A stretch of DNA of 64,000 nt, from the sequence record OR786310.1; one strand, given 5' to 3'. Positions within the stretch are counted from its first letter, which is position 1. Each line of letters starts with the position of its first letter. The notes beneath the pieces are model-generated. The model was not told where the DNA came from and did not search any database. It was given only the letters and a program-made list of their open reading frames with translations. A program made the translations under genes and the position numbers. This document shows positions 29,213 through 37,935 of the stretch, piece by piece. The DNA comes from Escherichia phage ETEC-TG.

Positions 29213-30989
29213 AATAGTTGCTATCCGTAGGCAAATTAGCAGGATTGTTGAAATACTGCTCTTTGTCATGCAGAGTTGCAGTTCTAATGTCATAGTAAAA
29301 CTGCCCTGCCGGACCAGTTTCCGAGAACTCACGGTTTTTTAGGATAAAGCAATGAGTCGTATTGCGTTCTACAGGGTCTTCAGCGGCTTTATCTCGTTCC
29401 AAAGCCAAGGTAATACCAGCGCCTTTAGCCAAGAAACTACTACCCATTGCATCGTCCTCTGTTAAGTGTTCATTGCCACCATTAGCCGATTTCTTAACGT
29501 GTGAGATGACGATAATAGTTATAGCGTACTCTTTCATGATGCGCTTCAACCATGTTGCTAACTCTTCCTGGGCTTGAACATCCATACCAGAAAGCAAATC
29601 AGAATAAGGGTCGATAACAAGAATTGTTACTCCAAAATAGATGATCATCTCCAAAACTTTTTCTTTGATAGACTCCACATCTGCTCCACGATCATCACAC
29701 ACATAAAAACGTGGTGATCCATCTTCTCTTTCGTAAAAATCTAGGATTTTTTCTTTATTCTCTTCCAAGATTTGAAATTTCTCTTCCGGTGTTTTCCTGT
29801 GTAGAGGAATATGCAGGAACGAGGACAACAGGTTACGAGAATATTTCTTATAAGTTGCTTCCAAGGACAGAATACCCAAGGTATGTTCTGGGTGAGCAAC
29901 AATAATATGTTTGGTGATCTCGTTCACCATCAAAGTTTTACCGATACTGGTCTTTGCCAGGATCACTGTAATCTCTTCCTCTACTAAACCACCACCCAGC
30001 ATATTTGCAGCAACACGCATAAAAGGAGGCAAGGTAATCATCTTGGATTCCAAGCATTCTAATGCAGCTTCATACAAGACATTAGAAGCATAAACACCTG
30101 CTGGGGTGTATAGACGAGCACTCCAAAAAGCTTTTACGAAATCTTTTGCACGACCTTCTTCCAGATACTGATTGGCATCCTTAAGATCCATCTGCATACG
30201 GTAGACTTTGTTACGGGGCAGCACCTTAACAATATTTTCAAATGCCTCATTACCTGCTTTGTCATTATCCATGCAAACAATAATCTTCTTAAATTTTTCA
30301 AAGAAAGGATATTGTGCCTGAACTTGTTTATACATACTGGTTTCACCAGTTGTGCCACTAACTACTGCTGGAAGTTCATATTTGTTGTCCAAGTTTTCAG
30401 ACAACATTTGATAAGCTGCCAGAGCATCGTGTTCACCACCTGTAATTACCACAGTATGAGAACGGTCTGCAAAACGAATTTGTCCAAAAAGATCTACATC
30501 TTTACCTACTTGACCAATAGGTTTACTGAAATCTTTAGGATGAATACGACGCTTAAAACCAACCAATTCTTTACCGATGGTAGTCGGATATAAACAACTT
30601 TCTACTACCATCTGATCCCCTTCCTGACGGTATTCATAACGAACACCATAGAAAGATGAAACTTTTTCTTTAATGCCTCGATAACCACGTGGGTTGGTTG
30701 ATGTTTCTTGAACAATTTTACGATGAATCTGTTTATTAAATTCCGAACCCACAATCTCCTCCTCTTCTTCTAAAACTTCACCATTTTCTCGTAACCATTC
30801 TACGCTAGGAATAGTGTATTCACACGCAAAGCACTTAGCACCTTTATGCTCTCCATTAGAATCTAATCCATAAACCATCAGGTTATTACGAGAGCGATCC
30901 TTGCCATTTTTCATGCAGCGCGGACAACCTGTATGCCCTTCCTTGCTAAGATCAACATCAAATCCATATTTAGTTATAATGTGCGACAC
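29211..30989 (-). CDS. Bifunctional DNA primase/helicase (T7 gp4-like)
   Basis: 592 aa; N-terminal zinc finger (CPRC ... CFAC), TOPRIM-like middle, DnaB-type helicase with Walker A AKTSIGKT. Confidence 0.8.
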   Translation of the reverse strand: MSHIITKYGFDVDLSKEGHTGCPRCMKNGKDRSRNNLMVYGLDSNGEHKGAKCFACEYTIPSVEWLRENGEVLEEEEEIVGSEFNKQIHRKIVQETSTNPRGYRGIKEKVSSFYGVRYEYRQEGDQMVVESCLYPTTIGKELVGFKRRIHPKDFSKPIGQVGKDVDLFGQIRFADRSHTVVITGGEHDALAAYQMLSENLDNKYELPAVVSGTTGETSMYKQVQAQYPFFEKFKKIIVCMDNDKAGNEAFENIVKVLPRNKVYRMQMDLKDANQYLEEGRAKDFVKAFWSARLYTPAGVYASNVLYEAALECLESKMITLPPFMRVAANMLGGGLVEEEITVILAKTSIGKTLMVNEITKHIIVAHPEHTLGILSLEATYKKYSRNLLSSFLHIPLHRKTPEEKFQILEENKEKILDFYEREDGSPRFYVCDDRGADVESIKEKVLEMIIYFGVTILVIDPYSDLLSGMDVQAQEELATWLKRIMKEYAITIIVISHVKKSANGGNEHLTEDDAMGSSFLAKGAGITLALERDKAAEDPVERNTTHCFILKNREFSETGPAGQFYYDIRTATLHDKEQYFNNPANLPTDSNY

Positions 30990-31001
30990 TTTGTTCTCCT
31001 G

Positions 31002-31280
31002 TTAAAATGGTTCGTTAGTCTCCATCATATATTCTGCTTCTAGTTCTTCCATATGCTTTCTAAATTGGAAAGCAATTTCTGCTACAGTTACATTTAAATC
31101 TTTTTCAAAAACTTCTGTAGAGCCTTCATAAAAACGAATACCGTCAATTAAAAGCCCTCCGTGGTAATCCCAATCACTTTCACGAGAAAGCGGGTTAGGC
31201 TCTTCATAATAGTAATCCACCTCCACAACTAAGGCTTTCCCGTTACAAGTGGTGTATTCAAAATCAAAAGTGTTAATCAT
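31002..31280 (-). CDS. Hypothetical protein
   Basis: 92 aa, acidic; ATGA overlap with upstream gene. Confidence 0.4.
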   Translation of the reverse strand: MINTFDFEYTTCNGKALVVEVDYYYEEPNPLSRESDWDYHGGLLIDGIRFYEGSTEVFEKDLNVTVAEIAFQFRKHMEELEAEYMMETNEPF

Positions 31281-32224
31281 TATAGCTCCTCAAATAAAAG
31301 TCTACGACGCTCATTCAACACATCAATGTGATAATGAGTCCTGACATACTTAGCTAATGCTAATCCTTTCTCCATGCAAACATCGGGAGCACTTAATAAG
31401 TATTCCGTAATATCTTTCCACTCGGAAGGTGTTTCAGCAAAGAATAACAAATCTTTAAACTCTTGCGTATGATAATTCTCACGAGGAGAACAGATCAAAG
31501 GTAAACCCTTAGCACCTGCCTCAAGAATTTTAAGATTGCTTTTTGCATTATTAAACACGTTATCAATCAATGGCGCAAGACTGATTTGATGACCATCGTA
31601 AGATTCCATGTAGTTGGCATATGGTCTTACACCTTCATAAACACAAGTTGGTGCTACATTTTCTCTGATTACAGACCATTCACGACTACTTAAAACTTCA
31701 GAATCCCTACGAAAACCACATATTGTAAGATCTTTACCAAAATCGGGCAAGATAGCCAAGTCTTGTTTATGTGTTTCACTTCCAGCCCAGACTAATGGAG
31801 TTTTGGAGTAGCGATCACGGGTCAACACAAATTGACCTTCATCGTAAGGAAGTCCATTAGGGATTATGTGCACATTATCATTGTATTGTGAAAGTTCAAC
31901 TTGCAAAGCAGGTGTCGTAGTTGTAACAAGATCGCTGTGCTCTAAAAACCATTTTAAATGTTCACGAATACCTGATTCAAAAATACCTTCTAACATGTGT
32001 CCTTTTGGAATAACTAAAGAGTCATCCAAATCCATAACCATTTTAAAGCCTAGGTTTTTAAGGGCTAAAAAGCCCTGTTTACCTTTTGTTGGCACCCCGT
32101 TAAAAACGAAAACGTTGTGTTTAGGTTGTGAAGAGAACTGCCTTGAGTAAGGCAGCACTACCCTATGGAAATCGCAAACACTATAATTGATTCCGTTACG
32201 ATTGTCAAGAATTATTTGTCCCAT
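31280..32224 (-). CDS. Glycosyltransferase, GT-B fold (paralog 1)
   Basis: 314 aa; C-terminal KSNLKILEAGAKGLPLICS resembles GT1/GT4 nucleotide-sugar binding region; paralog of adjacent gene. Confidence 0.5.
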   Translation of the reverse strand: MGQIILDNRNGINYSVCDFHRVVLPYSRQFSSQPKHNVFVFNGVPTKGKQGFLALKNLGFKMVMDLDDSLVIPKGHMLEGIFESGIREHLKWFLEHSDLVTTTTPALQVELSQYNDNVHIIPNGLPYDEGQFVLTRDRYSKTPLVWAGSETHKQDLAILPDFGKDLTICGFRRDSEVLSSREWSVIRENVAPTCVYEGVRPYANYMESYDGHQISLAPLIDNVFNNAKSNLKILEAGAKGLPLICSPRENYHTQEFKDLLFFAETPSEWKDITEYLLSAPDVCMEKGLALAKYVRTHYHIDVLNERRRLLFEEL

Positions 32225-32231
32225 ACTTCAC

Positions 32232-33179
32232 CTACAAACTTTCAATAACCTGGCGTCGCAACTCATTTGCATCTGCCAGATTATAATGTGTTCGAACATG
32301 TTCAGCCAAGAACAAGCCACGATCTTCCCGATAGTTTGGATTGCGAAGAAGCTTAACAATTTCGTAATGCCATTCTGCTTTGTTCTCTGCGTAAGCAACA
32401 GCACGAGCATCTACAGGGTTAAAATAAGGTAATACTTTAGAACAAACAATCGGAATACCTTTTGCTCCAGCTTCCAGGATTTTGAGATTACTTTTACAAT
32501 TATTAAAATCATTATCTACCAAAGGAGCTATAGCAATAGCATGACTTTCGTAAACACTCATGTAATTATCTAAATCTTTTACAGCGGCTTTATATTTGGC
32601 ATTTGGTAAATTTCTGCGAATCTTAATCCATTCTTGTCCCGTGATGCTCTGTGATGCTTCATATCCCGCAATAGTAAGAAGTTCATCATCGAAAGTATTA
32701 GAGACTAGTCGTAAATCTGGTTCGTGACTAGCACCGCCAGCCCATACAACAGGGGTACCGGATGAACGATCATTTGACAAAGTGAATTGTCCACTATCAA
32801 AAGGAAGTGCATTTCGGATCACAACAACATTCCTATTTAAGTGACGGATCTTATATGCCAAATATTCTGTAGTCACAATAACCACATCAGCAAGCTTAAC
32901 CATAGCTACAATAGCATGAGTGTTTGACTCGTATAGATTTGCTAAATAATGTTCTGGATTAAGTTGGTAGAAATCATCTAAATCTACAACAATCTTAACA
33001 CCTTGACGTTTCAAAGATAAAACGTATTCTGCACCTTTAGAGTGGATACGGTTAAACACAACAACATCTTTCTTAGGTTGAAGATTATGGTTGTTAAATG
33101 GCATAACAATACGATGATAGTCACAACCGCTGTGAGGTTTTGCATCAATTTTTAGTTTAGACCATTTTTTATTTGACAT
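32232..33179 (-). CDS. Glycosyltransferase, GT-B fold (paralog 2)
   Basis: 315 aa; KSNLKILEAGAKGIPIVCS; collinear similarity to 31280-32224 product. Confidence 0.5.
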   Translation of the reverse strand: MSNKKWSKLKIDAKPHSGCDYHRIVMPFNNHNLQPKKDVVVFNRIHSKGAEYVLSLKRQGVKIVVDLDDFYQLNPEHYLANLYESNTHAIVAMVKLADVVIVTTEYLAYKIRHLNRNVVVIRNALPFDSGQFTLSNDRSSGTPVVWAGGASHEPDLRLVSNTFDDELLTIAGYEASQSITGQEWIKIRRNLPNAKYKAAVKDLDNYMSVYESHAIAIAPLVDNDFNNCKSNLKILEAGAKGIPIVCSKVLPYFNPVDARAVAYAENKAEWHYEIVKLLRNPNYREDRGLFLAEHVRTHYNLADANELRRQVIESL

Positions 33180-33852
33180 GTGCTAGTGCCTCCTCATAGG
33201 AAATTCGGATTTTCCCATTTTTAATATCCTCTAAAGATGCTTTATATTCTTCCCAGTTAATCCCGATAGCAGCTTCTTTCTCTTCTTTTGTCAGATTAGC
33301 AAAAGGCATAGGATTGTTTCCAAAAACATCGTCTGGGTGGATATAAGCCATGATACGAAGTGGACAAGGTGTTGCCTGAATACCATGATTCAAACCAGCA
33401 GCTTGTAAACGGTGTCCCCATTCAGCATCTTCAAAACCATAACCATGAGTGTAAGGACGGAAATAACCCATCTTCTCAACAACGGCACGAGAATACATTG
33501 CAAATTGACACATTGCAAGTTCCCAGAGAATAACTTCTCCTTTGCTTCCAACAACTTTATCTTTGAAGTACTCCGGCATACCAAAGAAATCCCATCCTCC
33601 AGAAACAGCTTGATCTACAAAGTATGTTTCCCATCCTTCCATGACTGGGTAGCAATCGTCGTCAAAAATAAACCAATAATCATAACCTTCTTCATAAAAC
33701 TGGTGCATAAGTTCATTCCTGGCATAAGCTACACCTTTACGATCTGGATCGTTGAATACTCGAAAATCTGCACGTGGATCTGTTACAAGGTAGTCTTTAA
33801 GTGGACGGACACCTACAGTGATAACACCCACTCCGATTTTAATATTTTCCAT
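33169..33852 (-). CDS. Glycosyltransferase, GT-A fold (DxD)
   Basis: 227 aa; FIFDDDCYP DxD-type motif; Rossmann-like N-terminus IGVGVITVG. Confidence 0.5.
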   Translation of the reverse strand: MENIKIGVGVITVGVRPLKDYLVTDPRADFRVFNDPDRKGVAYARNELMHQFYEEGYDYWFIFDDDCYPVMEGWETYFVDQAVSGGWDFFGMPEYFKDKVVGSKGEVILWELAMCQFAMYSRAVVEKMGYFRPYTHGYGFEDAEWGHRLQAAGLNHGIQATPCPLRIMAYIHPDDVFGNNPMPFANLTKEEKEAAIGINWEEYKASLEDIKNGKIRISYEEALAHVK

Positions 33853-33860
33853 TTTCTCTC

Positions 33861-34424
33861 CTAAATAGTTTTACTGTGATCGTGACAGTGTAATAAATGA
33901 TGTATAGACCGTTGAGGATTTGTTTGACCTAATCTGTAAATGTGAAACAGATACATTCCCCGCATCAATCCTAACCTCTTTCCTTTTTCATGTAAAGTGT
34001 GAGAGAAAATTAAGTCGAATTGGATAGATTTTTCTTCGAAAGGAATTTCATTCCACAATGATTTTCTAAAAAGCAAAAAGAAACCTGCCAGAGGTGTTCC
34101 GAAAGGAACTTCTTCAACACTCACTTTATGATATTCTCTTGCAATCTTAGCATATTCTATATGGTTTAGAATATCTGGATCATCGTTAATTTGGTTAGAG
34201 AAAAGCTGATAACCACTGCCTAACCTGTTACAAGTTGCACCTATTACATCAAAAGGCGGGTTTGACATAACAAGCTCTTCAAGCATAGATGGTTGATCAG
34301 GTAGGAGGAACATTGTATCGGTATCTCTTAAACACACCCAACTATCATCTGGAAGAACGGCAATGGCTTCATTGATAGCCTTGCCGATATTTCCTGTCAG
34401 ATAGGGAGTAATATAATAAATCAT
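33861..34424 (-). CDS. Putative glycosyltransferase-like protein
   Basis: 187 aa; CLRDTDTMF DxD-like motif; in glycosyltransferase cluster. Confidence 0.4.
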   Translation of the reverse strand: MIYYITPYLTGNIGKAINEAIAVLPDDSWVCLRDTDTMFLLPDQPSMLEELVMSNPPFDVIGATCNRLGSGYQLFSNQINDDPDILNHIEYAKIAREYHKVSVEEVPFGTPLAGFFLLFRKSLWNEIPFEEKSIQFDLIFSHTLHEKGKRLGLMRGMYLFHIYRLGQTNPQRSIHHLLHCHDHSKTI

Positions 34425-34441
34425 TCTCCCCCTCCGTTATA

Positions 34442-34633
34442 TTAACTGTCGGCTACAATCCCGCGTTTAATCATTTCCTGTTGGATTTGGATGACACGAT
34501 CTCGTGCTTCCATGTATTCTTTAAAAGATTCTTGAAGATGGTCACGAGCTACGTCTCGTAGCTTAATCAGTTTGTCGTTTGTCACTTCTTGAAGAGAGAT
34601 TTCGCCAGTTTCATTGGTCCCAAGCGTTTTCAT
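34442..34633 (-). CDS. Small hypothetical protein
   Basis: 63 aa. Confidence 0.35.
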   Translation of the reverse strand: MKTLGTNETGEISLQEVTNDKLIKLRDVARDHLQESFKEYMEARDRVIQIQQEMIKRGIVADS

Positions 34634-34889
34634 TTACAACCTCCTTAATAGCTACTGCACAGTTCTTACAAATACATTGACCTTTGTTCTTAGAAATTTC
34701 AATGTAAGGTTCATTTTCGTTTTCTCCGCGTCGTGAGTCGTATATTACTGTATTGAAGCAGACAACGCAAATGTTTTTAATAACGACATATTTTTGCACT
34801 TTCTGTTTAGTGCGAAAATTGACTTCAATGACTTCTCCCATCAGTGAATCTCCCCTAAAATGTTGTTTTGAGACATTACTGCGGAGCAT
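34611..34889 (-). CDS. Small Cys-containing protein
   Basis: 92 aa; CVVC ... CICKNC. Confidence 0.35.
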   Translation of the reverse strand: MLRSNVSKQHFRGDSLMGEVIEVNFRTKQKVQKYVVIKNICVVCFNTVIYDSRRGENENEPYIEISKNKGQCICKNCAVAIKEVVNENAWDQ

Positions 34890-35125
34890 TCTACAGCATC
34901 ATGAGTCCTTGCAAAACGCTCCCACAATACAGCATCTACTTTAAGAACCATACAAGGATAAATACTGTCGTTGATCATGTCAATGCTATATTTATCTACA
35001 TCCTTTTCATCTTCCATAAACAAAGTAGCATATGCTTCTAAATGCTTACGGGTGTAGTATACATCCTCTTCAGTAAGACCGACAACCAGGTAACTTGCTA
35101 CAACAACAGTATTATCTTCTTGCAT
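34841..35125 (-). CDS. Hypothetical protein (start moved to internal ATG with AAAGGGGAG RBS)
   Basis: MQEDNTVVVASYLVVG...; RBS-supported start at 35125. Confidence 0.4.
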   Translation of the reverse strand: MQEDNTVVVASYLVVGLTEEDVYYTRKHLEAYATLFMEDEKDVDKYSIDMINDSIYPCMVLKVDAVLWERFARTHDAVECSAVMSQNNILGEIH

Positions 35126-35126
35126 T

Positions 35127-35648
35127 TTAACTCCCCTTTGGTAGATAGAAACCATGCACTTTATCTCGATAAACAAGACGCATATCACGTTCCCAGTGTG
35201 TCCTTATATTCCGTTTCTTGAAGTATAGAGCACCTTTAGTAACATCTAAAACAGACCGCAATTCAGGAAAATGTTTCTCTAAATAAAGTAAACGCTCCGC
35301 TATTGCTTTTGCTTCTTGCCACTTATCTTTCTCTGTTACGTTAAAAGTTTTCGCATATGAGAATTGCCCTTTCTGGAACAAGACTCCTCTGACTGTGTTA
35401 GGGAAGTAGGTATCATTTCTTCTGTTGATTACCACATTCCCAACGGCATTCATTCCTTTTTTACCCAGACCTCGACCTTCTGCGTAAATTGCACAAGCTA
35501 ATAGAATTTTATCATTATATTGCTTTGTACATTTGTGAACTACTTTAGCGGTTTTTACGTTTGCAGCTTCGGCTTTCGCCACAACAGGTGTAAATGTAAA
35601 AGCAGTTAAGGATAGTAACGCAACTGTTACAAAGTTTTTTATCAGCAA
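35127..35648 (-). CDS. Secreted cell-wall hydrolase, SleB/CwlJ-like (candidate endolysin)
   Basis: 173 aa; signal peptide (LSLTAFTFTPVVAKA); AVGNVVINRRNDTYFPNTVRGVLFQKGQFS matches SleB-type Hydrolase_2 motif; TTG start with AAGGAGG RBS. Confidence 0.6.
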   Translation of the reverse strand: MLIKNFVTVALLSLTAFTFTPVVAKAEAANVKTAKVVHKCTKQYNDKILLACAIYAEGRGLGKKGMNAVGNVVINRRNDTYFPNTVRGVLFQKGQFSYAKTFNVTEKDKWQEAKAIAERLLYLEKHFPELRSVLDVTKGALYFKKRNIRTHWERDMRLVYRDKVHGFYLPKGS

Positions 35649-35710
35649 ATTTTGCCTCCTTTTTAAGTTAACGAATTTCTAGTATAACACGATAGAGGCT
35701 TTATTGCAAG

Positions 35711-35733
35711 AGGGGGATTTCTCCCCCTCAAAA
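35711..35733 (-). other. Palindromic stem-loop GAGGGGGA-TTTCT-CCCCCTC between TerD gene and hydrolase gene
   Basis: Perfect G/C-rich inverted repeat; near-identical copy at 17872-17890. Confidence 0.45.
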
Positions 35734-35747
35734 TCATTTGTTAATTA

Positions 35748-36350
35748 TTATGGACATTCATACCATTCTTTTTTACCACCGAAGGCCATCACCACATCGC
35801 AAATATCCAGACCAGCTTTACCTACACCATATGCTTTCAGCTTCCATTCCCCATCTTCACGAACCAAGGAAGCCACGTGGCAGATTGTGTTACCAGCTAC
35901 TTCAGGAGCCAGGAAGTCAAAATCCAGAATTTCCACATTGCGTTCGGAGTCAAAGATTTTAAGCATACCTTCAGAAGCATGACCAAAACGTTTCAGACCT
36001 GTATCATCATCAATGGTCAGAACAAAGGCAATCTCTTGTGCATCAGGAGAGATTTTAGCCAGAGTAATATCAATCTGCTCCATGCTGCCAGTCCCATCAC
36101 GAACATCGTCACCAGCGAAGGTAGAACGTTCAGGATCAAACTTGTTAGCGTAGCAAACCAGATGACGTGCAGACAGCATTTCAGGATTGCCAGCGGCATT
36201 ATGACGACAAACCAGTGCACTTACATCCAGATCCAGTTTAGAATCAGATTTCCAAGAGAATTCCAGGCGCAGTTCTTTCAGAGCCGGAGCAACTTTCTTC
36301 AGGGAAATTTTTTCGCTAGAGCCTTTTTTCAGGGAAATTTTATCAGTCAT
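35748..36350 (-). CDS. terD: TerD-family stress-response protein
   Basis: 200 aa; duplicated N-terminal EKISLKK strand; length and composition typical of TerD/TerE/TerZ family; GAGGAGA RBS. Confidence 0.65.
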   Translation of the reverse strand: MTDKISLKKGSSEKISLKKVAPALKELRLEFSWKSDSKLDLDVSALVCRHNAAGNPEMLSARHLVCYANKFDPERSTFAGDDVRDGTGSMEQIDITLAKISPDAQEIAFVLTIDDDTGLKRFGHASEGMLKIFDSERNVEILDFDFLAPEVAGNTICHVASLVREDGEWKLKAYGVGKAGLDICDVVMAFGGKKEWYECP

Positions 36351-36365
36351 CTTTTGTCTCCTCTA

Positions 36366-36635
36366 TTATTTAAGTGTAATACCAGTTACAGTCAATTCTA
36401 CTTCCAAAAGCTTAGATGTGTTTTGGATTGATACTAATTGTGCATGATGGTTTAGTTCTACAGCGGAATAATCATTCTCCCCATCGTCTACTTTTAAATA
36501 AACAATGATTTCACTAAGGTCTAAACCATTTTCGTCAAATGCATTTTCATAGACGAAAGTATCTCCTACATCCAAATCTTTAATGGTAAGGCATCGTTTA
36601 TTTACTTTTTGCTCATCAATTTCGAAGTTTAACAC
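36366..36635 (-). CDS. Small protein, paralog A of the DLDVG family
   Basis: 89 aa; DLDVGDTFVYENAFDENGLD ... EVELTVTGITLK; paralogous to 37657-37935. Confidence 0.5.
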   Translation of the reverse strand: MLNFEIDEQKVNKRCLTIKDLDVGDTFVYENAFDENGLDLSEIIVYLKVDDGENDYSAVELNHHAQLVSIQNTSKLLEVELTVTGITLK

Positions 36636-36864
36636 TTCTTCCTCCTAATGTTATCTCCGGTTTGTATATACGAAGAATTATAGCATTTTCATTTTCTTTG
36701 TCAACCCATTCTTCATAATCGGGCCATACATGAATCTCTACTCTACTTACAATATCTTCCATTCGCACAGTCCCAATGAAATACTCTTTGAGACTGCGCA
36801 TAATGAAAGCTTCTCTCTCGCGCCAATAATTTTCTACGACTTGAGAGGCAAGCTCGTCGATCAT
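36616..36864 (-). CDS. Hypothetical protein
   Basis: 82 aa. Confidence 0.4.
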   Translation of the reverse strand: MIDELASQVVENYWREREAFIMRSLKEYFIGTVRMEDIVSRVEIHVWPDYEEWVDKENENAIILRIYKPEITLGGRSVKLRN

Positions 36865-37655
36865 TTTTTAGCACCTACTTTAACAACCCACTCTCCGAAC
36901 TCTTCAGATAAAAGTTTGTCATAAAGCTCTGAATCTGTCAAGTCTAAATCTTTAATGCCAATAAAACCAACATTATCATAAGCATTTGCCAGTTCTTTCA
37001 GGAAGCCAAACTTCTCATTACCAACGCCAACCATGAACCAATAAATAGGTTTATTCTTATTCTCTTCAATAAGACGACGAACAGCACTAGGATCACCATT
37101 CTCACCATCCGTCTGGAAGAATACAACACCAGGGGTAACGTCAGCACCTGGTTCAGATACAGCTACAACTTTTTCACGCTCTACAGACACTGTTTCAGTT
37201 TTACCAAGCAGACGATTAAAGAAGCCTTTCTTTGGAGCCTCCTCTTGTACCACTTGTTTAGTGGTAATATATTTGGTAACAGTGCCAAAATACTCATCGT
37301 AGATATCTGCCATTACAGGGGCGTAATTTGTTCCACCTCCGATACGAACATTGCGCATACATTTACCAACATAGTCATCGTAAACGTCTGCTGTTGCTGG
37401 AGTAAGCTCTTGGGAACTCGTATTAAAGGCCCACATATCAATTTGTTGATTATCGTCGAACAGCATACCAAAAGGAAGCAGTTTACCTACAAAATCACTC
37501 ACTACCCCACTAGAATATAGACCATGCATACTACCAGAAATATCTAGAGCACATGCTACACGAAGAACAATCTTACCTTCATTCAGGTTCTTATTCTTTT
37601 TCAGAGAGAAAGCAAGGTTTTCTTGACGTTTTTTCAGGCTGATTTTCTCGGACAT
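36861..37655 (-). CDS. von Willebrand factor A (vWA) domain protein, TerY-like
   Basis: 264 aa; MIDAS DISGSM plus GGTN; N-terminal MSEKISLKK shared with TerD; AAGGAG RBS. Confidence 0.6.
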   Translation of the reverse strand: MSEKISLKKRQENLAFSLKKNKNLNEGKIVLRVACALDISGSMHGLYSSGVVSDFVGKLLPFGMLFDDNQQIDMWAFNTSSQELTPATADVYDDYVGKCMRNVRIGGGTNYAPVMADIYDEYFGTVTKYITTKQVVQEEAPKKGFFNRLLGKTETVSVEREKVVAVSEPGADVTPGVVFFQTDGENGDPSAVRRLIEENKNKPIYWFMVGVGNEKFGFLKELANAYDNVGFIGIKDLDLTDSELYDKLLSEEFGEWVVKVGAKK

Positions 37656-37656
37656 A

Positions 37657-37935
37657 TTATTTCTCCTTCTTAAGTGTAATATTGGTAACTTCTAAATCTA
37701 CTTCCACCATATTTGTATCTGGTGGGATGCAATGAGTATAGCCTCGTTGTGCTAGTGATCCATTAATACAAATCGCACTGTTTGTGGAATTTTTAATGAA
37801 CACCAAGTTATGGTAGGTATCCAACCCTGCGTCTTTATAGGCATCATAATACATGAATGTGGCCCCTACGTCAAGATCTTCGAAAGCAATAGGTAAATCC
37901 TGACTTTTTTCTTCTTGAATATTGAATCTAAACAT
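37657..37935 (-). CDS. Small protein, paralog B of the DLDVG family
   Basis: Start moved to ATG with GAGGAGG RBS; DLDVGATFMYYDAYKDAGLD ... EVDLEVTNITLK. Confidence 0.5.
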   Translation of the reverse strand: MFRFNIQEEKSQDLPIAFEDLDVGATFMYYDAYKDAGLDTYHNLVFIKNSTNSAICINGSLAQRGYTHCIPPDTNMVEVDLEVTNITLKKEK

